Source of the DNA: Tagaea sp.
GTDB taxonomy: Bacteria > Pseudomonadota > Alphaproteobacteria > CACIAM-22H2
Reading direction: 5' to 3'
Assembly: GCA_965279525.1 (NCBI GenBank)
Contig: CBDIIB010000002.1
Location: forward strand, 32,001-96,000
DNA: 64,000 nt
Of this stretch, positions 19,477 through 28,869 are shown piece after piece. The notes under the pieces were generated by a model, which was given only the letters and a program-made list of their open reading frames with translations, searched no databases and was not told the origin of the DNA. Numbering within the stretch: position 1 is the stretch's first letter; each line of letters opens with the position of its first letter. Position numbers and translations under genes: made by a program.

Positions 19477-20645
19477 CCGGGCGGCATCTCGTAGCGCCGC
19501 AGGCGCAGCGAGCCGCTGCGGTCCCCGTTGCGCCACGTCAGCACGACCTGCCTTGTCGTCATCTCGAAGGCGAGCGTGACGTTCTGGTGCGGCAGCTTGG
19601 CCGCCACGGAGTGCCCGACGAGTTCGGCCTTCGCGCGGTAGGTGCGATCGAGACTGTCGGAATCGCGCTTGCCGTAGAGATAGACGAGTTCCGGCCCCTC
19701 GGCGCCGCGCTCGATGGCGAGCGACACGAGCACCGGATCGCCCCACGCACCGGTCCAGATGCCCTCGTAGGATTTCCACCACGTGCCGGCTTCGAGCGTC
19801 ATCGGCTTCAGCGACGCGGTCTCCTTGAGCATGTCGCGCGGTGCGGGCAGTCCGTCGGCACCGCACGAATTGAGCTTCGCCTGCGGCGCCTTCGCCGGAT
19901 CGAGGAACGCGACGACGCACGCCCCATAGGCGAAATCCATCAATGTCGTGCCCGAAGCGCCATGCCCGACGAGCCGGGTCGAGCCGTCGTCGAGCGGCAG
20001 GAACGCCACGCCGCGGGCCGAAAGGATCTCGCGCGCGCGCCGGCCGCGCTCGGGGCTGCCCGACGCATACTCGTCGGCGAAGGGCAGGATCGGGATCGCG
20101 CGCTCGAATCGGCCGTCGGTCAGTCCCGCGTAGAGCTGGCTCGACCCTTGCGCGTTGATCATCGGACTGCCGAGCTCGACCGCGCTGACGCCGGTTCCCG
20201 GCGCCGACGGGATGATCGCGTAGACCTCGGTGCGCCTTGCGGCTTCGAGCGTGATCGCCCCGCCGTAGCTCTGCCCGGCGAGCACCACGCGCCGGTAGCC
20301 CTGGTCACGCGCCCGGGCGACCTCTTCGACCGTGCGCGCGACGTGGCGCAGGCCGGAGGTGGTCCAGTTGCTTTCCTGCATCGGGTCGCGCTTGATCTTG
20401 ACGATGTCCCAGCCGGCCTCGGCCACCTTGCGCAGGAAGCGCGGTGGCGGGGCCGTTCCCTGTTCGTGATTGCCGCGCACGCCGTGGTTCCAGATCACCA
20501 GCCCGAGGGCGGCCTGCGGCCCCTTGGGCGCGATGTCGTCATAGCCTTGCACGACCGTGTAAGGCTCGACAGCGCCGGCGGGAGCCGCGAGAAGCGACAG
20601 GCAGAGGATCGCGCCGGCCAGCGGCGTCTTGTGGAATGTATGCAT
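19473..20645 (-). CDS. secreted alpha/beta-hydrolase with extra C-terminal domain
   Basis: Signal peptide, WNHG, GQSYGG nucleophile elbow, candidate Asp (DEY) and His (GHG). Confidence 0.7.
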   Translation of the reverse strand: MHTFHKTPLAGAILCLSLLAAPAGAVEPYTVVQGYDDIAPKGPQAALGLVIWNHGVRGNHEQGTAPPPRFLRKVAEAGWDIVKIKRDPMQESNWTTSGLRHVARTVEEVARARDQGYRRVVLAGQSYGGAITLEAARRTEVYAIIPSAPGTGVSAVELGSPMINAQGSSQLYAGLTDGRFERAIPILPFADEYASGSPERGRRAREILSARGVAFLPLDDGSTRLVGHGASGTTLMDFAYGACVVAFLDPAKAPQAKLNSCGADGLPAPRDMLKETASLKPMTLEAGTWWKSYEGIWTGAWGDPVLVSLAIERGAEGPELVYLYGKRDSDSLDRTYRAKAELVGHSVAAKLPHQNVTLAFEMTTRQVVLTWRNGDRSGSLRLRRYEMPPG

Positions 20646-20706
20646 CCTTAGAGTGTCGTTCGAACGGGCCTATCCCGTCAAGACGGTCTCGCGCGTGCAC
20701 CGCCTG

Positions 20707-22047
20707 TCAGGCTGCCGCCGGCAGGCGGACGGTCACCTTCAGTCCGCCGAGATCGGATTCGCCCAGCGCAAGGCTGCCGCCATAGAGCGCCGCGAGCTCG
20801 TCGGCGATCGCGAGTCCGAAGCCGGTGCCCGGCTTGGTCTCGTCAAGGCGCGTGCCGCGCCGCAGGGCAGCGGCGCGGGTATCGGGCGCAATTCCCGGCC
20901 CGTTGTCGTCGATCTCGATCTCGATGCCGGTCCCCGTGCCGGCAAGCGTCAGCCGGACCGTCGAGCGCGACCATTTGAGCGCGTTGTCGAGCAGGTTGCC
21001 CACGATGTCGGCAAGATCGTCGGGGCTGCCGGCGAAGGACGGGATCTGGCCCGACAGCGCCGTGCGGATCGTGCGCTCGGGGTGCAGACGCCCCAGCGTG
21101 TCGGCGAGTTTCAGCACGATGGCGCGCGTGTCGGTCCTGAGGCCGACCTGCGTGGCCGCGGCTCCGGCGCGCGCGCGCGCGAGGTGGCGCTCGATATGGC
21201 CCTGCATGGTGCCGGCCTGCGTGCGGGCCGTGCGGGCGAGCGGGTCCTCGCCATCGCCGGCGGCGTTGCGCAGCACGGCAAGCGGCGTCTTCAGTGCGTG
21301 CGCGAGGTTGCCGGCTTCCGCGCGCGCACGTTCGACCAGGGTCCGGTTGCGCGCGAGCACGTCTTTGAGATCGGCGACGAGCGGGGCGACTTCGCGCGGC
21401 CAGCTTTCGGAAAGGGCGGACTCGTTGCCGGCCTTGAGCGCTAGGACGGCGGCGCGCAGGCGATGGAGCGGCGCGAGCCCGTAGTGGATCTGGAGGGCGA
21501 CGGCGATCGCGAGCCCGATGCCGAGCACGGCCAACGAGAGCGCGAGCACGCCGCGGAATTCGGTGAGCGCCTTGGCCACTTCCTTCTCGTCGCTCGCCAC
21601 CACGAGCCGGATCGGCTGATCGAGCCCGTCGAGGCCGATGCTGCGTTCCACCGCGACGAGCGTCTGTCCGGCGGGACCCGCGAAGCGGTGCCGGTGGATC
21701 TCGCCCGGCTTCAGGTCGTCGGGCGGGTTGGGCAGCGTGTCGTCCCACAGGGAACGCGAGCGCAGCGGTGCGGCACCCGCGATCTCGATCTGCCAGTATC
21801 GCCCCGAATAGGGCAGGTCGTAGAGGCTGTCGGGCAACGTGCGCGTGACGCGCGCGGTCCCGTCCGGCGCCACTTCGACCGCCGCGGCGATGTGGTCCAT
21901 GTCGTCGACCAGCCGGTCGGCGAGAACGGATCCGGCGTGATGGCGGAAGATCTCCGAGAGCAGGACTCCCGAAGCGCCGAGTGCCAGGACCAGCCAGAGC
22001 AGCGATGCCGCGGCAAGGCGGCGCGAGAGGGACCGGATGCCTTTCAT
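20707..22047 (-). CDS. sensor histidine kinase
   Basis: Two TM segments, LAHALKTPL H-box, GNLLDNA, DNGPG, GFGL. Confidence 0.93.
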   Translation of the reverse strand: MKGIRSLSRRLAAASLLWLVLALGASGVLLSEIFRHHAGSVLADRLVDDMDHIAAAVEVAPDGTARVTRTLPDSLYDLPYSGRYWQIEIAGAAPLRSRSLWDDTLPNPPDDLKPGEIHRHRFAGPAGQTLVAVERSIGLDGLDQPIRLVVASDEKEVAKALTEFRGVLALSLAVLGIGLAIAVALQIHYGLAPLHRLRAAVLALKAGNESALSESWPREVAPLVADLKDVLARNRTLVERARAEAGNLAHALKTPLAVLRNAAGDGEDPLARTARTQAGTMQGHIERHLARARAGAAATQVGLRTDTRAIVLKLADTLGRLHPERTIRTALSGQIPSFAGSPDDLADIVGNLLDNALKWSRSTVRLTLAGTGTGIEIEIDDNGPGIAPDTRAAALRRGTRLDETKPGTGFGLAIADELAALYGGSLALGESDLGGLKVTVRLPAAA

Positions 22048-22715
22048 GGTGCTTCCCCGCCGGCGCGCAGCCGGTAGCCGCGCCCGCGCACCGTCTCGAT
22101 CACGTCGATGCCGAGCTTGCGCCTAAGCCGTGCCACGAACACTTCGATCGTGTTGCTGTCGCGGTCGAAATCCTGCGCATAGAGATGCTCCGTCAGTTCG
22201 GTGCGCGAGACGATCGTGCCCGGGCGATGCATCAGGTAGGCGAGCGTCTTGTATTCCTGTGCCGTCAGGGCTACCGGCTGCTCGCTGACGCTGACCCGCC
22301 CGGTGCGCGTGTCGAGGCGGATCGGTCCGCAGGCGAGCTCGGCGCTGGCGAGGCCGGCCGAGCGTCGGATCAGGGCGCGCAGACGGGCCAGCAGCTCCTC
22401 CATGTGGAAGGGCTTGGCGAGATAGTCGTCCGCACCTGCGTCGATCCCCTCGACTTTCTCGTTCCAGCCCGACCGCGCGGTGAGGATGAGCACGGGCATC
22501 CTGTGTCCGGCCTTACGCCACCGCCGCAGCACCGTGAGGCCGTCCACCTTCGGCAGGCCGAGATCGAGGACCACGGCGTCGAACGGTTCGACCGAGCCCA
22601 TGTATTCGCCCGCCTCGCCGTCGGCAGCACGGTCCACGGCATAGCCTGCACCGGCAAGTGCCGTGGCGAGCTGGTCGCCCAGCGAGGGATCGTCTTCGAC
22701 GACGAGGATGCGCAT
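22044..22715 (-). CDS. OmpR-family response regulator
   Basis: MRILVVEDD, LDLGLP, GADDYLAKPF, ETVRGRGY. Confidence 0.95.
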   Translation of the reverse strand: MRILVVEDDPSLGDQLATALAGAGYAVDRAADGEAGEYMGSVEPFDAVVLDLGLPKVDGLTVLRRWRKAGHRMPVLILTARSGWNEKVEGIDAGADDYLAKPFHMEELLARLRALIRRSAGLASAELACGPIRLDTRTGRVSVSEQPVALTAQEYKTLAYLMHRPGTIVSRTELTEHLYAQDFDRDSNTIEVFVARLRRKLGIDVIETVRGRGYRLRAGGEAP

Positions 22716-22728
22716 GTCCGGGATCCGC

Positions 22729-23043
22729 CTAGCGTGCGTGCCGCTCGAGCCGTTCGAGGCTGCGGGCATCGTATTTCACCTTGCGGCGCTTTCCGTCGGG
22801 CGAGATCAGCACGATCTCGTAGACGTAGCGGCCGCGCTCCCGGTCGAGTTCCACGTCGATGACCTTGCCCGGTTCGTTGCGCGCGACTTCGGCAAGCAGA
22901 CGATCGAGGCCGGCGATCTCGCCCGCTTCGCGCGCGCGGCGCGCGCGGTCGTGGTCGTTGTCCGCGCGCACGGCCGCGGGCAGGGCCAGGACCAGCGCCA
23001 TCAGGATTGCCGCGGGAAGCTTCTGGATCATCGTTCGCATCAT
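22729..23043 (-). CDS. PepSY domain protein
   Basis: Signal peptide, DHDRARRA, GKVIDVEL..YVYEI..YDA; start could be 23031. Confidence 0.85.
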   Translation of the reverse strand: MMRTMIQKLPAAILMALVLALPAAVRADNDHDRARRAREAGEIAGLDRLLAEVARNEPGKVIDVELDRERGRYVYEIVLISPDGKRRKVKYDARSLERLERHAR

Positions 23044-23063
23044 CGCACAGTGGCGCGCGGAAG

Positions 23064-23102
23064 CTGAACGCCGGATGAACGGCCCGCTCACGCCCGGTTC
23101 AG
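23064..23102. promoter_or_regulatory. paired OmpR-type direct-repeat boxes between divergent PepSY genes
   Basis: TGAACG-N5-TGAACG on plus and TGAACC-N5-TGAGCG on minus. Confidence 0.55.
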
Positions 23103-23171
23103 GTTGCCCCGCCCATATTGGCGCTGTTCCGGACGCATTTCCGCTGCCGGACCAGATAGGGGAACCCGAAC

Positions 23172-23528
23172 ATGAAGAACCGCATTGCACTTGCCGCCCT
23201 CGCGCTGTCGCTGCTCGCGGCACCGTCCATCGCCGCCGACCGCTCGCAGGCGGGTGCAGCACCCAAGCTGTCCCTGTCCGAGGTCGACGCCCGCGTGCGC
23301 GAGAACGGCTATCCGTCGGTCCGCGCGATCGAGCTCAAGCGCGACGGCAACTACGAGGTCAAGGCGCTCGACGCCGAGAACCGCCGGGTGGAGCTGCGCG
23401 TGGATGGCAACACCGGCGCGTTCCTGACGGCGGATGCCGGTCGCGGCCGCAGCGACCGCGACGGGCATCGCGGGCGCGATGGCCATCACGAGCGCGACTC
23501 CGGCCGTCACCACGAGCAGCGGCGCTAG
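23172..23528 (+). CDS. PepSY domain protein with His/Arg-rich tail
   Basis: Signal peptide, GY..VRAIE..YEVKALD..RVELRVD. Confidence 0.85.
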   Translation: MKNRIALAALALSLLAAPSIAADRSQAGAAPKLSLSEVDARVRENGYPSVRAIELKRDGNYEVKALDAENRRVELRVDGNTGAFLTADAGRGRSDRDGHRGRDGHHERDSGRHHEQRR

Positions 23529-23538
23529 AGCCCGAACC

Positions 23539-23586
23539 GACGGCCCCGACCCCGGCGCCGGACGGCGTCGGGGTTGTCCTTTCTTC
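23539..23586 (+). terminator. hairpin with U-rich tail after the PepSY gene
   Basis: gacggccccgac / gtcggggttgtc stem followed by ctttctt. Confidence 0.45.
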
Positions 23587-23602
23587 GTACCGAGGTGGAA
23601 AA

Positions 23603-24148
23603 ATGAACGCAGTCCCCGTCGCCGGCGGTCCCGGCAGTTTCGGCAGTTTCGCTCGCTTCCTTCACTGGTCGATGGCCGCGATGATCGTCGGTCTCTACGT
23701 GCTGGGGGCCGTCGTCGAAGAAGTCCCGCGCGGCGCTTCACGCGATTTCGGCATGATGCTGCACCAGTCGTTCGGGCTGCTGTTCGTGGTGCTGCTCCTC
23801 GTGCGGCTTGCCGTGCGCCCGGCCGCCGCGGCCGCGACGTCGGCCTTCGAGCGAGGTGCCGCGCGCGTGATGCACCTCGCGCTCTATGCGCTGATGGTGG
23901 TCACGCCGCTTGCCGGTCTCGGCAAGCAGTGGGCACGCGGACGCATCGTGGATGTCTTCGGCCTGTTCACGTTGCCGTCGCCGATGGATGCGGACCGGGC
24001 CCTGAGCAAGGCGTTCGGCGAGGTCCACGAAACGGCGGCCGTCGCGATCCTCGTGCTGGCGGGCGTGCATGCGGCCGCAGCCCTGTGGCACCACTTCGTG
24101 CACCGCGACAACGTCCTGCGCGCCATGCTCGGGCGCGCGTCCGGCTAA
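23603..24148 (+). CDS. cytochrome b561 (YceJ/CybB-like)
   Basis: RFLHW, LHQSFG, MHLALY, VHE, GVHAAAALWHH heme ligands. Confidence 0.9.
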   Translation: MNAVPVAGGPGSFGSFARFLHWSMAAMIVGLYVLGAVVEEVPRGASRDFGMMLHQSFGLLFVVLLLVRLAVRPAAAAATSAFERGAARVMHLALYALMVVTPLAGLGKQWARGRIVDVFGLFTLPSPMDADRALSKAFGEVHETAAVAILVLAGVHAAAALWHHFVHRDNVLRAMLGRASG

Positions 24149-24675
24149 CCCGTCAGGACGAACTCGAGCGTCTCCATGGGTGCGCCGCGCGCCGGGGCCG
24201 CGCGCATCAGCCGGCCGGCCGGGCGCATGCCGATGCGCCTTGCCACGCCCTGCGAGGCGAGATTGTCGGGCATCGCACCGGCGGTCAGGCGGGCGACCCC
24301 CATCGCGCGGGCGAAATCGACCATCACCAGGGCGGCCTCGCTGGCATAGCCCTGGCCCCGGTGGGGGCCGGCGATCCACCAGCCGAAATCGCCTTCCACG
24401 CCCAGCCCGTCGAGCGTCAGGCCGATCATGCCGATCACGCCGGGTTCGTGTGCGCGCTCGATGGCGAGCGTCACCGTGCGCGCCGCCGCCATCGCCTCGC
24501 GCGCGTCGGCGATGAAGGCGAGCGCGTCGTCGAGCGTGTAGGGATGCGGGATGTGCGCTGTCCAGCGCGCAAGCTCCCAGTCCGCGCACCAGCGCTGGAT
24601 GTCGGGCGCGTCCCCGGTTTCCGGCACGCGCAGGACGAGGCGCGCGCTCTCCAGCCGGATGTCGAGTGCGTTCAG
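24145..24675 (-). CDS. GNAT (RimJ/RimL-like) N-acetyltransferase; start uncertain, possibly CTG
   Basis: LESARLVLR, IPHPY, HRGQGYASEA, NLASQGVARRIG. Confidence 0.8.
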   Translation of the reverse strand: MNALDIRLESARLVLRVPETGDAPDIQRWCADWELARWTAHIPHPYTLDDALAFIADAREAMAAARTVTLAIERAHEPGVIGMIGLTLDGLGVEGDFGWWIAGPHRGQGYASEAALVMVDFARAMGVARLTAGAMPDNLASQGVARRIGMRPAGRLMRAAPARGAPMETLEFVLTG

Positions 24676-25238
24676 GGCTGGACCCGGACGTGGTTGACGA
24701 CGCGCTTCACGTCGTCGGTCGCGCGCGTCAGCGCCATGGCCTTGTCGAGTTCGGCCTGGCTGTGGGCGCGGCCGAACAGGTAGGCCGTGCCGTTGACCGC
24801 GCGCCAGCGGAAATTGACCGACTTGATTCCCGATTCCGCCAGCAGCTTGGCGCCGATCTTCTGCTCGATGACGAGGTCGGCGGCGGTGGCGCCGATGCCG
24901 CCGGCACTGGTCACCTGCAGTTCGTCGACCACCTGCGTGACGCCCTGGATGCCGCGCGCGATCTGCACGGCGCGCACCTTCGAGGGGGCCTGCGCCACCG
25001 CACCGGTCAGCATCATGCGGCCGAGATAGACGTCGGTCGACACGTCGCGGAACAGGGCGGCGGATTCGTTGGCGACCGCGCTGTTGAAGGCGATCAGGAT
25101 GCGGTTGTCCTCGGTGATCTGGCTGGTGGTGCGGTCCTCGGTCGCCAGGCGCGCGATGGTCGACACGCCGGGTGGTGCTCCGCAGGCCGCGACGGCAAGG
25201 CTCGCGAGGACGGCGAAAACGGTCAGGATGCGGTTCAT
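24672..25238 (-). CDS. dual BON-domain lipoprotein (YraP/DolP-like)
   Basis: Lipobox VAAC, EDRT, GRMMLTG, NGTAYLFG, VKRVVNHV. Confidence 0.85.
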   Translation of the reverse strand: MNRILTVFAVLASLAVAACGAPPGVSTIARLATEDRTTSQITEDNRILIAFNSAVANESAALFRDVSTDVYLGRMMLTGAVAQAPSKVRAVQIARGIQGVTQVVDELQVTSAGGIGATAADLVIEQKIGAKLLAESGIKSVNFRWRAVNGTAYLFGRAHSQAELDKAMALTRATDDVKRVVNHVRVQP

Positions 25239-26989
25239 CGGTATAGCCCCTCCAGGGCGGCGCCATAGGTCTGGCGGATCACGTGTCGCCGGATTTTCAT
25301 CGTCGGCGTCATCTGCGCATTGTCGATGGTGAAGGCTTCGGGCGCCAGCGCGAACTTGCGGATGCGTTCGGGCAAGGCGAGTTTCGCGTTGGCGCGCTCG
25401 ACCGCCTTCTCGATCGCCGCGCGCAGTTTCGCGTTGTCGCCGCCTGCCGCCGCTGTCACGTCGGCATGCGGCACCACGAGTGCGACCAGATAGGGCTTCC
25501 CGTCGCCCGACACCATCGCCTGCGCGATCTCGGGTTCGAGCAGCAGGGTCCCCTCGACTTTCGCCGGGGCGACCATCTCGCCACCTGAATTCTTGATGAA
25601 GTCTTTTTTACGGTCGGTGATCTTGATGCGGCCGGCATCGTCGATCTCGCCCACGTCGCCGGTGTGCAGCCAGCCATCGACGATCGTGCGCGCCGTCCCC
25701 TCTGGATCGTTCCAGTAGCCGGTCATCACCATCTCGCCGCGCGCGAGAATCTCGCCATCCGGCCCGAGCCTTACCTCGACGCCGACCAGCGGCCTTCCGA
25801 CCGTTTCCATGCGTTCCTGATAGGGCCGGTTGCAGGCGATGACGGGCGCACTCTCGGTCTGGCCGTAGCCCTGCACGACGCGCACGCCAAGGGCGAGGAA
25901 GAACACGCCGATCTCGGGGTTGAGGGCGGCCCCGCCCGACACGAACGCCTTCAGCCTGCCGCCGAAGCGCGCGCGTACCTTGTCGCGCACCAGTTTTTCG
26001 AGCACGCCGTCGAGCAGCTTTTCGAAAAGGCCGAGCTTGCGGCCCTCGTAGCGCTTCGTGCCCAGTTCCAGCGTCTTGGCGAACAGCCACTGTTTGAGCG
26101 CCTTCTCGCGCTTGAGGCCGCCGGTGATGCGCTGGTGCAGGCTTTCGTAAAGGCGCGGGACGGCCGTCATGATCGTCGGGCGCACCTCGATCATGTTGGG
26201 GCCGAGCCGCTCGATGCTTTCGGCGAAATGGATCGTGGCACCCAGCGACGTCATGAAGCCCACGCACACCGTGTGCTCGTAGGAATGCGACAGCGGCAGG
26301 AAGCTCAAGTATGTCTCCGGCCCCTGCGGCAGGGCCTGCAGCACGTCCCACGCCCCCAGGCAGTTGTGCAGGATCGCACCGTGATGGAGCATCACGCCAC
26401 GCGGCAGGCCACCCGTGCCCGACGTGTGGATCACGCACGCCACGTCCTTGCGCGCCAGCGATGCGACGGTCGCATCGACATTGTCGGGGGCGGCGGCACC
26501 CGTTTTCATCAGGTCGTCCCACGCATGCACGTCGACGCCCGGATGCTGGGCGACGGCGGGCGGCTCCATCGCCACGACGAAGCGGCATTGGGGGCCGGCC
26601 AGGCGCGCGGCCTCGATCGCCTTCTGGGCGAGGGCGGCGGTCGACGCGATGACGCCGCGTGCCCCGACATTGGCAAGGATATAGCGGTGGTCCTCGACCG
26701 TGTTGGTCGTATAGGCCGGGACCGTGACTGCACCGGCGGCCATGATCGCGAAATCGGCGATGATCCATTCCGGCCGGTTCTCGGCGATCAGCCCGACGCG
26801 GTCGCCGCGTGCCACGCCAAGGGCCGCCAGCCCGCGCGCGACCAGGCGCATCTCGGCGGCGGCGCGCGTCCAGCTCCACGACACCCATTTCTCGTCCCGG
26901 CGGGCGAGCAGGAAGGGCCGGTCGCCCTGGCGCTCGGCCATGTCGAGGAACATCCGCACCAGATTCGGGCACTTGGCGTAATCGAACAT
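25235..26989 (-). CDS. long-chain fatty acid-CoA ligase
   Basis: HTSGTGGLPRG, FLPLSHSYE, QGYGQTE, GWLHTGD, TPTMKIRR. Confidence 0.92.
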   Translation of the reverse strand: MFDYAKCPNLVRMFLDMAERQGDRPFLLARRDEKWVSWSWTRAAAEMRLVARGLAALGVARGDRVGLIAENRPEWIIADFAIMAAGAVTVPAYTTNTVEDHRYILANVGARGVIASTAALAQKAIEAARLAGPQCRFVVAMEPPAVAQHPGVDVHAWDDLMKTGAAAPDNVDATVASLARKDVACVIHTSGTGGLPRGVMLHHGAILHNCLGAWDVLQALPQGPETYLSFLPLSHSYEHTVCVGFMTSLGATIHFAESIERLGPNMIEVRPTIMTAVPRLYESLHQRITGGLKREKALKQWLFAKTLELGTKRYEGRKLGLFEKLLDGVLEKLVRDKVRARFGGRLKAFVSGGAALNPEIGVFFLALGVRVVQGYGQTESAPVIACNRPYQERMETVGRPLVGVEVRLGPDGEILARGEMVMTGYWNDPEGTARTIVDGWLHTGDVGEIDDAGRIKITDRKKDFIKNSGGEMVAPAKVEGTLLLEPEIAQAMVSGDGKPYLVALVVPHADVTAAAGGDNAKLRAAIEKAVERANAKLALPERIRKFALAPEAFTIDNAQMTPTMKIRRHVIRQTYGAALEGLYR

Positions 26990-27081
26990 GTCCGGCGTGT
27001 CTCCCTGCCGGCGCTTGGCGCGCCGGTCCGATCGACATATATGCTAGTGAACCCGCTCAACGCCAAGCCCCGGACAGGTCC

Positions 27082-28869
27082 ATGCCCCCGATTTCCGCTG
27101 CCGCCGCCCCCGCCGACCTGCCGGTCTGGAACCTTGCCGACCTGTTCCCAGGCCGGGATTCGCCCGAACTTGCCAAAGCACTCGACAGCGCCGAGGCCGA
27201 CGCCAAGGCGTTCCAGGCGAAATATTCGGAAAAGCTCGCAGGCCTGACCGGGGCGGATCTCGGGGCGGCGATCGCCGTCTACGAGAAGCTGGAAGAGCGG
27301 CTGGCGCGCATGACCAGCTACGCCGATCTCAGCTATGCCGGTGACCAGGCCGATCCCGTGATCGCCAAGTTCTACCAGGGCATCCAGGAGCGGGTGAACG
27401 CGATCTCGTCGGCCACGCTGTTCTTCACGCTGGAATTGAACCGCATCTCCGACGCCGATCTCGACGCGAAGCTCGCCGACCCGGCCTTGAAGCGCTATGC
27501 GCCGTGGCTGCGCGACCTGCGCAGCTTCCGCCCGCACCAGCTGGCCGACGACATGGAAAAGCTGCTGCACGAGAAATACGTCGCCGGCCGGGCCGCGTGG
27601 ACGCGCCTGTTCGACGAGACGATGGCGGGCCTGCGCTTCGACCACGCCGGCAAGGCGGTCACGTCGGCCGAGATCTTCCACCTGATGTCGGACCGCGACG
27701 GCAAGGTGCGCAAGGCCGCCGCCAAATCGATCGGCAAGACGCTGGGCGACAATGCGCGCCTGTTCGCGCTCATCACCAACACGCTGATCAAGGACAAGGA
27801 GATCGAGGACAAGTGGCGCCATTATCCGCGCCCGATCTCGTCGCGCAATCTCGCCAACCGCGTCGAGGACGAGGTCGTGGAAGCGCTCGTGTCGGCCGTG
27901 CGCGCCTCGTACCCGCGCCTGTCGCACCGCTATTATGCGTTGAAGGCGAAGTGGTTCGGCACCGACACGCTGGATTACTGGGACCGCAACGCGCCGCTGC
28001 CGCAGTCGGACGAGGAAAGCTTCGACTGGCCGCGCGCGCGCGACACGGTGATCGAGGCCTACGGCGATTTCTCGAAGGATCTCGCGGCCACCGGCAAGCG
28101 CTTCTTCGACAATGCGTGGATCGATGCCGGTGTCAGGCCCGGCAAGGCGCCGGGTGCCTTCGCGCACCCGACGGTGCCGTCGGCGCACCCGTACCTGCTG
28201 CTCAATTTCCAGGGCAAGACGCGCGACGTGATGACGCTTGCCCACGAGCTTGGCCACGGCGTGCATCAGGTGCTGGCGGCGGGGCAGGGGCATCTGCTGG
28301 CCGACACGCCGCTGACATTGGCCGAGACCGCCTCGGTGTTCGGCGAGATGCTGACCTTCCGCAAGCTCCTCGAGCGCGCCAAGGAGCCCAAGCGCCGCAA
28401 GGCGATGCTCGCGGGCAAGGTCGAGGACATGCTCAACACGGTCGTGCGCCAGACCGCGTTCTGCGAGTTCGAGAAGCGCCTGCACGACGAGCGGCGCAAG
28501 GGCGAGATGATGCCCGACCGCATCGGCGAGATCTGGATGGACGTGCAGCGCGAGAGCCTGGGGCCGGCCTTCCGCTACGATCCGGAATACGCGTTCTACT
28601 GGACCTATATCCCGCACTTCGTGCACACGCCGTTCTACGTGTACGCCTACGCGTTCGGCGACTGCCTCGTGAACTCGCTCTACGCGCTCTACCGCAAGAC
28701 GCCCGCGGGCTTCGCCGAGAAGTATCTCGACATGCTTCGCGCCGGCGGCACCAAGCGGCACAAGGAGCTGCTCGCCCCGTTCGGTCTCGACGCCGCCGAT
28801 CCGGATTTCTGGCGCCAGGGCCTGGGCGTGATCGAGGGCTTCATCGACGAGCTCGAAGCGCTTTCCTGA
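27082..28869 (+). CDS. M3 family oligoendopeptidase F
   Basis: WNLADLF, WDRNAP, HELGH zinc motif, AETAS. Confidence 0.93.
   Translation: MPPISAAAAPADLPVWNLADLFPGRDSPELAKALDSAEADAKAFQAKYSEKLAGLTGADLGAAIAVYEKLEERLARMTSYADLSYAGDQADPVIAKFYQGIQERVNAISSATLFFTLELNRISDADLDAKLADPALKRYAPWLRDLRSFRPHQLADDMEKLLHEKYVAGRAAWTRLFDETMAGLRFDHAGKAVTSAEIFHLMSDRDGKVRKAAAKSIGKTLGDNARLFALITNTLIKDKEIEDKWRHYPRPISSRNLANRVEDEVVEALVSAVRASYPRLSHRYYALKAKWFGTDTLDYWDRNAPLPQSDEESFDWPRARDTVIEAYGDFSKDLAATGKRFFDNAWIDAGVRPGKAPGAFAHPTVPSAHPYLLLNFQGKTRDVMTLAHELGHGVHQVLAAGQGHLLADTPLTLAETASVFGEMLTFRKLLERAKEPKRRKAMLAGKVEDMLNTVVRQTAFCEFEKRLHDERRKGEMMPDRIGEIWMDVQRESLGPAFRYDPEYAFYWTYIPHFVHTPFYVYAYAFGDCLVNSLYALYRKTPAGFAEKYLDMLRAGGTKRHKELLAPFGLDAADPDFWRQGLGVIEGFIDELEALS

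Noticed and set aside
27504-28868. 902-aa version of the ABC1 kinase, and similar long extensions (xdhC 1005 aa, LivG-like 534 aa)
   Set aside because: Out-of-frame overlap with genuine upstream genes; Arg/Pro-rich and motif-free
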